In this document: one piece after another, positions 1 through 8,652 of the stretch
Position numbering within the stretch: the stretch's first letter is position 1
Layout of the letters: the number at the start of each line of letters is the position of its first letter
Assembly (NCBI GenBank): GCA_023229865.1
Contig: JALNYL010000006.1
Location: 5,597-69,596, forward strand
Direction: 5' to 3'
Length of the DNA: 64,000 nucleotides
Source: Minisyncoccota bacterium
GTDB taxonomy: Bacteria; Patescibacteriota; Minisyncoccia; Phycocordibacterales; UBA1550
Notes under the pieces: model-generated
Database searches by the model: none
Told to the model about the DNA's origin: nothing
What the model saw: only the letters and a program-made list of their open reading frames with translations
Program-made: the position numbers and the translations under genes

Positions 1-126
1 AAATGCAAATCAATCGAGTAACCGAGACAATGTCCAGTTTTGTAGGCGAGCTACAAGCTATCGCTCAAAATGCGCTACCGCTACTGAATAATATCGAACA
101 ATTGGAATTGCCTAAAGATGAGCTCT
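1..126 (+). CDS. 3' end of an upstream ORF (frame 3, ...SFVGELQAIAQNALPLLNNIEQLELPKDEL*), truncated by window start; stop 18 nt before next gene (operon partner of ATPase)
   Basis: open frame from window edge to TGA at 124-126, tight spacing to ATG at 144. Confidence 0.3.
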
Positions 127-143
127 GATTCAATTGTGAATAA

Positions 144-2345
144 ATGCCGGGTAGTAGAAAGAAGTGGGGCGTAGAAATGAAGACTCTGAAAGTTAGGTTG
201 GAAAATTGCTATGGGATTGCTAAATTAGACGAGGAGTTCAAGTTTGAAAAGTCTTATGCAACTTTGATTTACGCGCCCAACGGCGTAATGAAAACATCTT
301 TTGCAAAGACATTCTATGCGATATCAAAAGGCAAGCAACCTGAAGAAAAGATGTTCAACAAAACACCTAGTTTTGATATCAAAGCGGATGGTGTAGACAT
401 TCTTCAAGACGACATATTAGTCATCAATCCATTTGATAAGAACTTTGAATCAGTCAATATTTCAACTCTATTAGTAAACTTAGACAAGAAATTGCAATAC
501 GATGGTATTTTCAAAGATATCCTGAATGCAAAAAAGAAGCTTGTCATCGAACTTAACAAGATATCTAAAATACCAAAGGAAAGTATTGAATCGCAGCTAG
601 CAAAAGATTTAGGTTGTGATGATATTTTTTCTGCGATTAGAACACTTCAACAACTCGGCCTGGGCAATGAAGCTTATTTCTCGCTTCAGTATCAGACAGT
701 TTTTGATCCTAAAGTAGTCGAGTTGCTTGGTAATGAGGAGGTTAGGAATAACATTGCCGAATATGCTGAGAAATACAACTCACTATTTGAAGAATCGACT
801 GTTTTCAAGAGAGGGATATTCAATCCAGCAAAAGCGAGCTCTGTTTCTACAGAGCTTAAAAAGCAGATGTTTTTTGAAGCAAAGCACAAAGTAATTCTTG
901 ATGGCAAAGTCGATCCTATCGATGAACACAAGGTACTAGAACAATCCTTCGAAGCAGAAAAGGAGAAAATTCTTGGCAATGGCAGTTTGCAAGAAATATC
1001 AAAGAAAATCATTGGTGGCGTTGCGTCTATCAAGGCATTTCAAGATGTGCTTGAGAGTTGCCCGGAAATTGCGGCCGAACTTGCCAATGTAGACAATTTA
1101 AGAAAGATTGTTTGGTGCTCGTATTATGAAACCAACAAGGTTCTGTTTGATGACTTGCTGGCTATTTACGAGAAACACAAACAGCAGCTCATCGATATTG
1201 AAAATGCGGCAAATTTAGAATCCACCTTGTGGCACAAAGCACATAGAATTTTCAAAGAGAGATTCCAAGTTCCATTCTCAATGGAGATAGCAAATCACAC
1301 TAATGCCATTCTTGGTACAACCAAGCCGGTCGTCGTTTTTACTTTTAATAGTGAAGATGGAACGCCCATAAAGTTTAATAGAGGCGAGCTTGATTCACTC
1401 GACTTCTTATCTATGGGTGAGCGTAGGGCTATGTATCTTCTCTATGTGATTTTTGAATTGCTTGCTAAGCAAGCAAGCCAAAAGCAAGCGGTTATTATCA
1501 TCGACGACATCGCCGATTCATTCGATTACAAAAATAAGTACGCAATTATTGAATATCTTAAGGAGCTTGCGCATCAAGATTTATTCCGGCTAATTGTTCT
1601 AACGCACAATTTTGACTTCTATCGCACGTTTCAAGGCCGAGTTCTAGATAATGCACAATGGGAAAATTCATTTATCGCTCAGAAAACTGAAGGCAGTATC
1701 AAGCTGTTAAGGGGTGGGGACAAAGATGTTTCAAATCCATTTACATTGTGGAAAAAGAACTATCATAAAAATGGAGTAATGCTGATTTCCATGATTCCTT
1801 TTGTGAGAAATCTAATAGAGTACAGAGATGGGACAAAGTGTGATGAGTATAAGAGACTGACGTCGATGCTCCATATAAAGGATGACACATCAACTCTTAA
1901 GCTGTCAGATCTCGAGAGTCTAATTAGTGGCGTCGTAAAGGGCGAAGCACTAGATGCGACATTTGATCAAAATCTTTGTGTGCTTAATCATATATACAAT
2001 ACAGCTGACGAACTCTGCAATATCGCCAAAGAAGATGAGATATGTTTAGAAAACAAAATTGCACTTTCAATTGCCGCCAGATTGAAAGCTGAGGAATATA
2101 TGTGGTCAGTCATAAAGGACAAATCGTCAATTAGTGGATCACAAACTGGCAGGTTATATGATCGATGGATTAGTGAGAATGATCCGAACGACGTGAATTT
2201 TGTTGCGCTTAGAGGTACGCTAAGTCAGGTTATTTTAATGACCCCTGAAAATATCCATTTGAACTCATTTATGTATGAGCCGTTAATGGATATGTCTAGC
2301 CACCATTTAGTTAAGCTATATCAGGAATTGATACTATTGCACTGA
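144..2345 (+). CDS. ABC/AAA_13-type ATPase with long insert between Walker A and signature motif and a ~230-aa C-terminal domain (RloC/PrrC-like architecture); candidate defense/abortive-infection protein
   Basis: degenerate P-loop YAPNGVMKTSFAKTF; ABC signature LSMGERRAMYLL; Walker B/D-loop IIIDDIADSFD; H-loop LTHNFDF; C-terminal Rx5H (RLTSMLH) HEPN-like motif; low GC like flanking region. Confidence 0.5.
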   Translation: MPGSRKKWGVEMKTLKVRLENCYGIAKLDEEFKFEKSYATLIYAPNGVMKTSFAKTFYAISKGKQPEEKMFNKTPSFDIKADGVDILQDDILVINPFDKNFESVNISTLLVNLDKKLQYDGIFKDILNAKKKLVIELNKISKIPKESIESQLAKDLGCDDIFSAIRTLQQLGLGNEAYFSLQYQTVFDPKVVELLGNEEVRNNIAEYAEKYNSLFEESTVFKRGIFNPAKASSVSTELKKQMFFEAKHKVILDGKVDPIDEHKVLEQSFEAEKEKILGNGSLQEISKKIIGGVASIKAFQDVLESCPEIAAELANVDNLRKIVWCSYYETNKVLFDDLLAIYEKHKQQLIDIENAANLESTLWHKAHRIFKERFQVPFSMEIANHTNAILGTTKPVVVFTFNSEDGTPIKFNRGELDSLDFLSMGERRAMYLLYVIFELLAKQASQKQAVIIIDDIADSFDYKNKYAIIEYLKELAHQDLFRLIVLTHNFDFYRTFQGRVLDNAQWENSFIAQKTEGSIKLLRGGDKDVSNPFTLWKKNYHKNGVMLISMIPFVRNLIEYRDGTKCDEYKRLTSMLHIKDDTSTLKLSDLESLISGVVKGEALDATFDQNLCVLNHIYNTADELCNIAKEDEICLENKIALSIAARLKAEEYMWSVIKDKSSISGSQTGRLYDRWISENDPNDVNFVALRGTLSQVILMTPENIHLNSFMYEPLMDMSSHHLVKLYQELILLH

Positions 2346-2409
2346 ATTGCTACTGGGATTTTATTTCTTTATTCTGTGCCCCTACCTTCGCTTGACCAGA
2401 ACTACCCCG

Positions 2410-2643
2410 TTACCCCAACGACCTCTCCACAATCTCAAACACATCCCGCGACAGCCCCTTGTGGTTGCGCAGCATTTCAGGCGCGGCACGCGCATGTGCC
2501 TGGCGCGTGGCTTCAAGCCTGCGCCAGCGGTCAAAGCAGCGTGCCAGGCGCGCCGCGACTTGGGGGTTGATGCCGTCGGGGTGATATGGGGTCAGCATCG
2601 CAATAGTTTTGGGCAACGACCGGTTTGTATCGGTTGCAGACAT
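2410..2643 (-). CDS. small hypothetical protein (77 aa) downstream of XRE regulator, GC-rich
   Basis: ATG-initiated ORF co-directional with HTH gene; no SD seen. Confidence 0.3.
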   Translation of the reverse strand: MSATDTNRSLPKTIAMLTPYHPDGINPQVAARLARCFDRWRRLEATRQAHARAAPEMLRNHKGLSRDVFEIVERSLG

Positions 2644-2745
2644 CTAGCCAGTGTAGTTCGAATATCCGCTTCGGCCGAGCATCAGACACTATCTGTCTGA
2701 TAAAGATACCGTAGTTTGCACCTTGGTAAGGTCGAGCGAGTCCCC

Positions 2746-3117
2746 CTATTTGCTTGCCAGTAGCGCAACCAAAATGCCCAGCCCGATCAATAACGCGGCC
2801 TTTGCAGCATCGTTATCGTCGGTTGGTTTCTCATTAGGAACCTGAACGCCTTTTCTTGCGAGTTGCTTCGCTAGGTTATCTGCTTCGGACAGGATGCTTT
2901 CGGGAGAATCCCCGAGTGCGTGAGCCAACGAGCGAAGATGTGAGACCGTCAAGGCGGTTTGGCCGGACTCAATGCGCGAGTATGCTGATTGGGTTAACCC
3001 AAGCGCTAGGGCTATCTCCCCCTGACTCTTCTTGCGAAGATCGCGGCGCTTTTGAATAACTTGCCCAATAAGCGCGTTATAGGGAAGAACAGCGGTTGGC
3101 ATTTTAGGGGTTGACAT
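2746..3117 (-). CDS. XRE-family (Cro/CI-type) HTH transcriptional regulator with C-terminal transmembrane tail
   Basis: SQGEIALALGLTQSAYSRIESGQ HTH motif; C-terminal hydrophobic AAKAALLIGLGILVALLASK. Confidence 0.8.
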   Translation of the reverse strand: MSTPKMPTAVLPYNALIGQVIQKRRDLRKKSQGEIALALGLTQSAYSRIESGQTALTVSHLRSLAHALGDSPESILSEADNLAKQLARKGVQVPNEKPTDDNDAAKAALLIGLGILVALLASK

Positions 3118-3162
3118 AATTTACATGTATGCGTATCTTGCATATTCGTCAATTACGAATAT
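3111..3162. promoter_or_regulatory. divergent promoter/operator region: TTGACA(3111-3116)-17bp-TATCTT and perfect 8-bp inverted repeat ATATTCGT-N5-ACGAATAT (3142-3162) immediately upstream of NC-domain gene
   Basis: read directly from sequence; palindrome sits between divergent XRE and NC-domain genes. Confidence 0.45.
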
Positions 3163-3573
3163 ATGCTTATGATACCCAATAACTCCTCTGCCATCAATCC
3201 AATCTCACACCGTGCAGGTACGGTTCTATCTACAAGCCGCTTCCTGTACAGACACCTTGGAATCCTTACTGGTCGTTTCATTAATGGTTTCCCGACCGTC
3301 ATTTCAAACTCCGGGGATGGCGGCATGGTCATAGAAGAATCCCTGTCGCAATTCCAAGGAACAGGAGACCTTCAAGTGGTCGGCTATCTTGGCACACTAC
3401 CTCAAGACGTGGTACTCGCAAGAGCGCAGGCAAAACTCGGAAGCAAATATTCCCTGTTAACTTGGAACTGTGAGCATTTTGTGCGACATGCACACGGCCT
3501 CAAACAAGAAAGCCCGCAGGTGGTTGCGGCGGTGTCATTGTTTGCGCTACTGTTGGTCGTTTCTCGCCTTTAA
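3163..3573 (+). CDS. NC-domain (LRAT/H-rev107, NlpC/P60 superfamily) protein with C-terminal hydrophobic tail
   Basis: catalytic motif YSLLTWNCEHFVRHAHG (NCEHF Cys/His) typical of LRAT-like acyltransferase/papain-fold family. Confidence 0.65.
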   Translation: MLMIPNNSSAINPISHRAGTVLSTSRFLYRHLGILTGRFINGFPTVISNSGDGGMVIEESLSQFQGTGDLQVVGYLGTLPQDVVLARAQAKLGSKYSLLTWNCEHFVRHAHGLKQESPQVVAAVSLFALLLVVSRL

Positions 3574-3623
3574 GTAAGCTCACAGTTCTGGCTGGAACTA
3601 TCTGAGCGCAGACGGAGGACTCA

Positions 3624-5444
3624 ATGAACGCACAAAAAAGTGTTTCAAAGGATTCTAAACGTGTCGGTATCTGGATTCGCGTCTCCACAGAAGACCAGGT
3701 GAGAGGGGAGAGCCCCGAGACGCACGAACGCCGTGCGCGCCTCTACGCAGAAGCCAAAGGCTGGGATGTGGTCGAGGTGTACCGCCTTGACGCTCTCTCG
3801 GGCAAGACCGTCAAGGAATACCCTGAAACAAAGCGCATGCTTGCCGACATCGCCAGCGAACACATCACCGGACTCATCTTCTCCAAGCTAGCCCGACTCG
3901 CTCGAAATACCAAAGAGCTTCTCGATTTCGCTGAGATATTCCGCGACTGCAATGCAGACCTCATTTCACTTGCAGAGTCGATAGATACCTCGACCCCCGC
4001 AGGACGTCTCTTCTACACCATGATCGCAGCTATGGCCCAGTGGGAGCGCGAGGAGATAGCGTCCCGTGTTGCTGCATCAGTCCCCATCCGCGCCAAGATG
4101 GGCAAGCCCTTGGGTGGTCAATCTCCGTTTGGGTATCAATGGAAGGAAGGCAAGCTCATTCCCGATGACGCCGAAGCACCCGTCCGCAAACTCATGTATG
4201 AGCTCTTCCGCGAGAATGAAAGAAAGAAGACCGTAGCGCGACTACTCAACGAACGCGGATATCGCACGCGGAACGGTTCTCTGTTCACCGATACGACCAT
4301 CACCCGTCTCCTTCGTGATCCCACCGCTAAAGGTGTCCGCCGTGCGAACTACACCGTCTCCAAAGACAGCAAGAAATCATGGGGCCTAAAACCTGAAAAT
4401 GAATGGGTGCTTCATGAGGTAGAAGCGATCATTTCCGAAGACCTCTGGAATGAGGTCAATGCAATTCTTGATGCTCAACAAAAAAAGGGAAAGCGTGTTG
4501 CGCGTCAGGTCATCCACCTGTTTGCAGGACTCACGTATTGTGGCTGCGGGCAAAAAATGTATGTGCCATCGAACACTCCAAAGTACGTTTGCTACGACTG
4601 CCGCAACAAGATTCCTGTCGTTGATCTAGAGGGAGTATTTCACGAGCAGATCAAAAACTTTTTCTTCTCTTCGGAGGAAATTGCCGAACATCTATGCAAG
4701 GCAAACGCAACTATTCACGAGAAAGAAGAACTGCTCCAGGTTCTTCTCAACGAACAGAAGAAGCTCACTGCCGAGGTGGACAAGTTGTACGACCTCTACC
4801 AAGGGGGAGCGATTGATAAGGCGGGATTCGGGGCGAAATACTACCCGCTTGCAGAACGAGGGCGTCAGCTTGATGATGAAGTTCCTCAGGCGCAGGCAGA
4901 GCTCGATGTACTGAAAATCTCGCAGCTTTCTCAGGAAGAGATCATCACCGGCGCACGCGATCTTTACTCTCGCTGGCCGGAACTCCCCCAGGAAGAGAAA
5001 CGTCGCATCGTAGAGGCCATCACCGACCGAATCGTCATCCATCCCGACGAAGTAGAGATCAACCTCTTCTATGCGCCGGGAACCTCTACACCATCAGCGG
5101 GAACCCCGTTCACCCCAGAATCCTCAGGGGGCTCATCTACACCCCCTGTAACCCCGTCTTTAAATGGTGGCAGGAAGGCAACGGAACTTCATAGACGCGT
5201 TGCCTTTTTACCATACGTCCGCGTGTGCCTCAAATCCCTGAGAAAGAAGGATTTTGACTTTGAGCCGCGTACCCTGGGCGAGCAAATCAAGCGGCGGCGT
5301 CTGGAACTCTGCCTGTCACAAAAGGAGGTAGGGGAGATGCTGGGTGTAAGCTCGTTTACTGTGCTGAATTGGGAAAAGGGGAAGACAATGCCAAACGAGG
5401 AGGCCATGCCGCGCATTGCATCCTTTTTAAGTGGTGGTGCATAA
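3624..5444 (+). CDS. large serine recombinase (resolvase/invertase catalytic domain + recombinase domain + zinc ribbon + coiled coil) with extra C-terminal XRE-type HTH
   Basis: [12 protein letters not shown]...[10 protein letters not shown] catalytic Ser region, [23 protein letters not shown]...CYDCRNK zinc ribbon; strong SD GGAGGA 5 nt upstream; C-term [31 protein letters not shown]. Confidence 0.9.
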   Translation: MNAQKSVSKDSKRVGIWIRVSTEDQVRGESPETHERRARLYAEAKGWDVVEVYRLDALSGKTVKEYPETKRMLADIASEHITGLIFSKLARLARNTKELLDFAEIFRDCNADLISLAESIDTSTPAGRLFYTMIAAMAQWEREEIASRVAASVPIRAKMGKPLGGQSPFGYQWKEGKLIPDDAEAPVRKLMYELFRENERKKTVARLLNERGYRTRNGSLFTDTTITRLLRDPTAKGVRRANYTVSKDSKKSWGLKPENEWVLHEVEAIISEDLWNEVNAILDAQQKKGKRVARQVIHLFAGLTYCGCGQKMYVPSNTPKYVCYDCRNKIPVVDLEGVFHEQIKNFFFSSEEIAEHLCKANATIHEKEELLQVLLNEQKKLTAEVDKLYDLYQGGAIDKAGFGAKYYPLAERGRQLDDEVPQAQAELDVLKISQLSQEEIITGARDLYSRWPELPQEEKRRIVEAITDRIVIHPDEVEINLFYAPGTSTPSAGTPFTPESSGGSSTPPVTPSLNGGRKATELHRRVAFLPYVRVCLKSLRKKDFDFEPRTLGEQIKRRRLELCLSQKEVGEMLGVSSFTVLNWEKGKTMPNEEAMPRIASFLSGGA

Positions 5445-5469
5445 AGCACTACCGCTTGCAGAACCTGCA

Positions 5470-5781
5470 CTAGAACTCCGGCAAATTGTCGAGATTGTCA
5501 GCGGCCTTCCCGTTATCAACAGTTTTTAAGTACTCCACGCCGTTTACTTTGATGATGTATATGGACTGCCCTTTGATCCACTTCCCCTCACTGCTTTTGG
5601 TGATAGTGACGAAGGTCGTTCCCTTTTTGATAGCGGCGACGATATCTGCGCGCGCGTAGTCGGTTGAAGCACCTATCGTCTCCCCGTTATCTGGGTGAAC
5701 CCTGAGTTTGTCTATGTGCGTATGCGCACTGTTGAACCTAACTGCTGATACACAATAATCTGCCCACTTAGCCATTCCCAC
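5470..5781 (-). CDS. DUF3892-family small protein
   Basis: MAKWADYCVSAVRFNSAHTHIDKLRVHPDNGE...GTTFVT pattern typical of DUF3892 (phage/MGE associated). Confidence 0.55.
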   Translation of the reverse strand: MGMAKWADYCVSAVRFNSAHTHIDKLRVHPDNGETIGASTDYARADIVAAIKKGTTFVTITKSSEGKWIKGQSIYIIKVNGVEYLKTVDNGKAADNLDNLPEF

Positions 5782-5838
5782 TCTCCCTTTGGAAAAATAT
5801 CAGCGATAGCGATTCAATTTTGATTCGGATTAAATATT

Positions 5839-7008
5839 TCATCTTCCAATGGTCGTAACTACTCCTACAGAAGGCGGGAAGTCACTACCTGATTGCTGTT
5901 TGGAAATAAGTAAAGAAACGAGCGAGAGAGTATGCATCGATCTGTTGGGGCAAGGCTCACTAGTCCCTGTTTTCAATCGAGGGATTACATACGATTCACC
6001 TTCGTAATTAATCTCCACATATGGTTTGCCGTAGGTCTCAGAATCAGATTTCTTGGAACGCGCAAAGAATAATGTTTCGTCCTTGCAGTTTTCGTTTCCA
6101 ATAGCTAGCACTTTGTTTTCTTCTGCAGCACGCAGAATTTCACCGAGATAATAAATTACTCCTTCGGGCGATCGTAAAATAATTCTCGTTGATTTCTCGG
6201 GAATGGATGTGCCTATGGAATTATCAACAACCTCCATCAACTTTGCGACTCCATCCTCATTGGCGCACGACAGAACATATTTGCCTTTACGTTTTGAAGC
6301 AAGCTGCCATTTCCCATTACCAACCTCTTTTAAAAGCATCCCAGCCTTTTGGATTTCAATAAGACTGTTCAGTTGGTCTGGATTAGCAGTACGCATTTCA
6401 ATCTGGGGTCCAATATTGTCTTCGCCGCCCCCCGACTCACTCAATTTGCATTCATGACCACCAATTATCTCTTTTACCTTCTTTTGGAAATCTGAAAATT
6501 GATTAGAGTTTGGATAATTCAGATATGAAGTTGTCTTGCCGTTCGCATTGATTTCTTCAATTTTTGAAACAATGAGGTAAAGGAGCATTTCTTTCGGCCA
6601 CCCTTGCTCCCAAAAGTAAGCAAGGGTTTCCGGCTTGATGGGCGCCAACATTCCTTGGATGAAATCCTTCGAAGTTAGCGGTGCAACTGTATAGACTGGT
6701 GACAGCGAGAAATTTGCTTTAGGTGTGAGTGAATATGCGCCGTTATATCCATTGCCAACCTTTCCGAAAGGCAGTACTAGGTCTCCTGACATTCCATAAG
6801 TTTGGGTCTCTTTCATGTCACTGAGGGTCGTGAAATACATAGGATACCGTTTGCTTGCGCGTACAATATTCAGCAAGAGCATTTCGTTCTGAGCTTTTTC
6901 AAGGGTCTGGTTGTACTCAGTAGCCCCTAAAGCAACCTGCTCTTTGGGGAGCGTTGCACAACCTGTAAGTGCAACGATACTAAGGGACAGCATTGATAGT
7001 TTTATCAT
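5839..7008 (-). CDS. lipoprotein of unknown function (ATG at 7008, SD GAGGA; translationally coupled 9 nt after nuclease stop)
   Basis: signal peptide + lipobox MIKLSMLSLSIVALTGC; track start at 7020 is GTG, ATG at 7008 preferred. Confidence 0.6.
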   Translation of the reverse strand: MIKLSMLSLSIVALTGCATLPKEQVALGATEYNQTLEKAQNEMLLLNIVRASKRYPMYFTTLSDMKETQTYGMSGDLVLPFGKVGNGYNGAYSLTPKANFSLSPVYTVAPLTSKDFIQGMLAPIKPETLAYFWEQGWPKEMLLYLIVSKIEEINANGKTTSYLNYPNSNQFSDFQKKVKEIIGGHECKLSESGGGEDNIGPQIEMRTANPDQLNSLIEIQKAGMLLKEVGNGKWQLASKRKGKYVLSCANEDGVAKLMEVVDNSIGTSIPEKSTRIILRSPEGVIYYLGEILRAAEENKVLAIGNENCKDETLFFARSKKSDSETYGKPYVEINYEGESYVIPRLKTGTSEPCPNRSMHTLSLVSLLISKQQSGSDFPPSVGVVTTIGR

Positions 7009-7016
7009 TTCAATCC

Positions 7017-8075
7017 TCACTCCCTTCTAATAGGCTTATCTACACATGTTGGTCTTGGGGCTCCTGCGAAATTTGAATTCAACTTGGTACTAAGCTCCCA
7101 GCTGTCATCGGAAGTACGACTGCTCTCGACCTGGTTTTCAATGTCATCGGGAAGTTCAGAAAGGAAATCGATTTCCGTACGCCGTTCAATTTCATCAACA
7201 GTCGTGACAAGCTTTGAAAGCTCTGTGCCTGGCTTTGTTTGTTGTGTAAATATGACTGCAAGTACATTGGGTTTCCCGTCGGTCTCTTTTACGATGATCT
7301 TGTAAAACGCGACGGGCAACTCGACACCAGAACAAAGACGGTTGAGCCACACAGGATCAAAGATGGGGCCAGCAGTTACCCATATATTACCGACTTGTTC
7401 CGCGTATGAAGCCTCAAGCATTTCCAGCCCTAGCCACGACTTTTGGTTAAGTGAGGGAAGTTGTGGGGTGATGTTCGACATGAAGTAGGTCTCATTCTGC
7501 GAATCACATCCATGCCGTGAGCCTATGTTATCGCTTGGAGCCATGTGCCCACGGTCGTATCCCGAGCTGTTGTAGCTATCATGAGTGGTGCGAATGAGGG
7601 TGCGATCATCAGTGAGGAATCGAGATAGCCGAGGGCAATCATGCCCTTGATCTGTACCAATCTGATATGCAGACCATAGAGGGTTCGCCTTTGTTTCTGA
7701 ATACCCGACAGCGTACGCCGCGTTTTTGATGTGCGATATTTGATCGCTCACTTTGGAATCATTGGGGAGGCCACCAAAGAACACACTCCGCTCAACCCCA
7801 GGGGGATCGCCGCTGAACAAGCGAACTCGTGATTTGTATACCCACCCAGTCCCCGAACCATTGAGGAGCCGAATCTTATGGTAGCCATTTTGCAGTTTGT
7901 CACTTACGGTAAGCAGATAGATTTGCTGACTGAGCTTCTCCGGATGGACTGACTCAAGGATTGTTGCATTGCGGTCGGGGGATGCGTAGATGTTAGCGCT
8001 ACGCTTGACCTCAACATAGTTTGCCCAGGCGCAGGCTGGGAATATACACATCAGGATAAGCAGTGCCCGTCGCAT
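7017..8075 (-). CDS. secreted DNA/RNA non-specific endonuclease (Serratia NucA/Endonuclease_NS family) with N-terminal signal peptide and extra N-terminal domain
   Basis: SGYDRGHMAPSDN active-site (DRGH) motif, downstream N..TPQ region; signal peptide MRRALLILMCIFPACAWA; SD AGGAG before ATG 8075 (track start 8081 is GTG). Confidence 0.85.
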   Translation of the reverse strand: MRRALLILMCIFPACAWANYVEVKRSANIYASPDRNATILESVHPEKLSQQIYLLTVSDKLQNGYHKIRLLNGSGTGWVYKSRVRLFSGDPPGVERSVFFGGLPNDSKVSDQISHIKNAAYAVGYSETKANPLWSAYQIGTDQGHDCPRLSRFLTDDRTLIRTTHDSYNSSGYDRGHMAPSDNIGSRHGCDSQNETYFMSNITPQLPSLNQKSWLGLEMLEASYAEQVGNIWVTAGPIFDPVWLNRLCSGVELPVAFYKIIVKETDGKPNVLAVIFTQQTKPGTELSKLVTTVDEIERRTEIDFLSELPDDIENQVESSRTSDDSWELSTKLNSNFAGAPRPTCVDKPIRRE

Positions 8076-8130
8076 AACCACTCCTTCTATCTATGCTCGA
8101 TATACAAAGTTGAGTGATGCCGTGCCTGAC

Positions 8131-8550
8131 CTAAATTGTTTTTTCTAAATCCAGTTTCATCTTTGCGCTTTTAATCTCTCGTTCAGCCTTTGAGAAATCT
8201 TCATGTTCTTGCTGAGCCGAACTTTTCCAGTTCAGGAAATCCCGGAATAGCTTGATTGATCCTTTGCTTCCACCAGACACAACCCCTGCTGTAATGAGGT
8301 AACCCACGAGTGTGTTTTTCTCCTGGCTGAAGATCACCGCCATGGCATCGAATTGGTACAGGTACACAATTACAAGAGATGTGATGATGACAATGGGCTC
8401 CTTGAAGCCCTTGTTCTTCATTTTATCCAAAACCAAACGTGACTCGAATATTGGGGACAGGGCGCGTTCGACGAAGAGCGAGAGCAAAACGATTGTCCCG
8501 AGTACCTCTAAGACAACATCTCCCTTGATTCCAAAAAGTAGCGGGTCCAT
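8131..8550 (-). CDS. small membrane protein, unknown function (downstream of rSAM maturase; possible export/immunity role)
   Basis: ATG with SD GGGAGA; three hydrophobic segments. Confidence 0.5.
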   Translation of the reverse strand: MDPLLFGIKGDVVLEVLGTIVLLSLFVERALSPIFESRLVLDKMKNKGFKEPIVIITSLVIVYLYQFDAMAVIFSQEKNTLVGYLITAGVVSGGSKGSIKLFRDFLNWKSSAQQEHEDFSKAEREIKSAKMKLDLEKTI

Positions 8551-8652
8551 TCAGTATCTCCCTGTCGTGTTTTAGATTCTTCACTTTACTACAGCGTTTT
8601 AGAGCCCGTAAACAAGCCCCTCAATATACTGTCAATGTAATGTGTTCCCGAA

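Noticed and set aside
2347-2700. 117-aa plus-strand ORF (and 64-aa nested ORF) in the GC-rich segment at the element's left edge
   Set aside because: Low-complexity Pro/Arg/Ala-rich translation typical of spurious frames in GC-rich DNA. Starts in AT-rich host-like sequence and crosses the composition boundary. A cleaner small ORF exists on the opposite strand.
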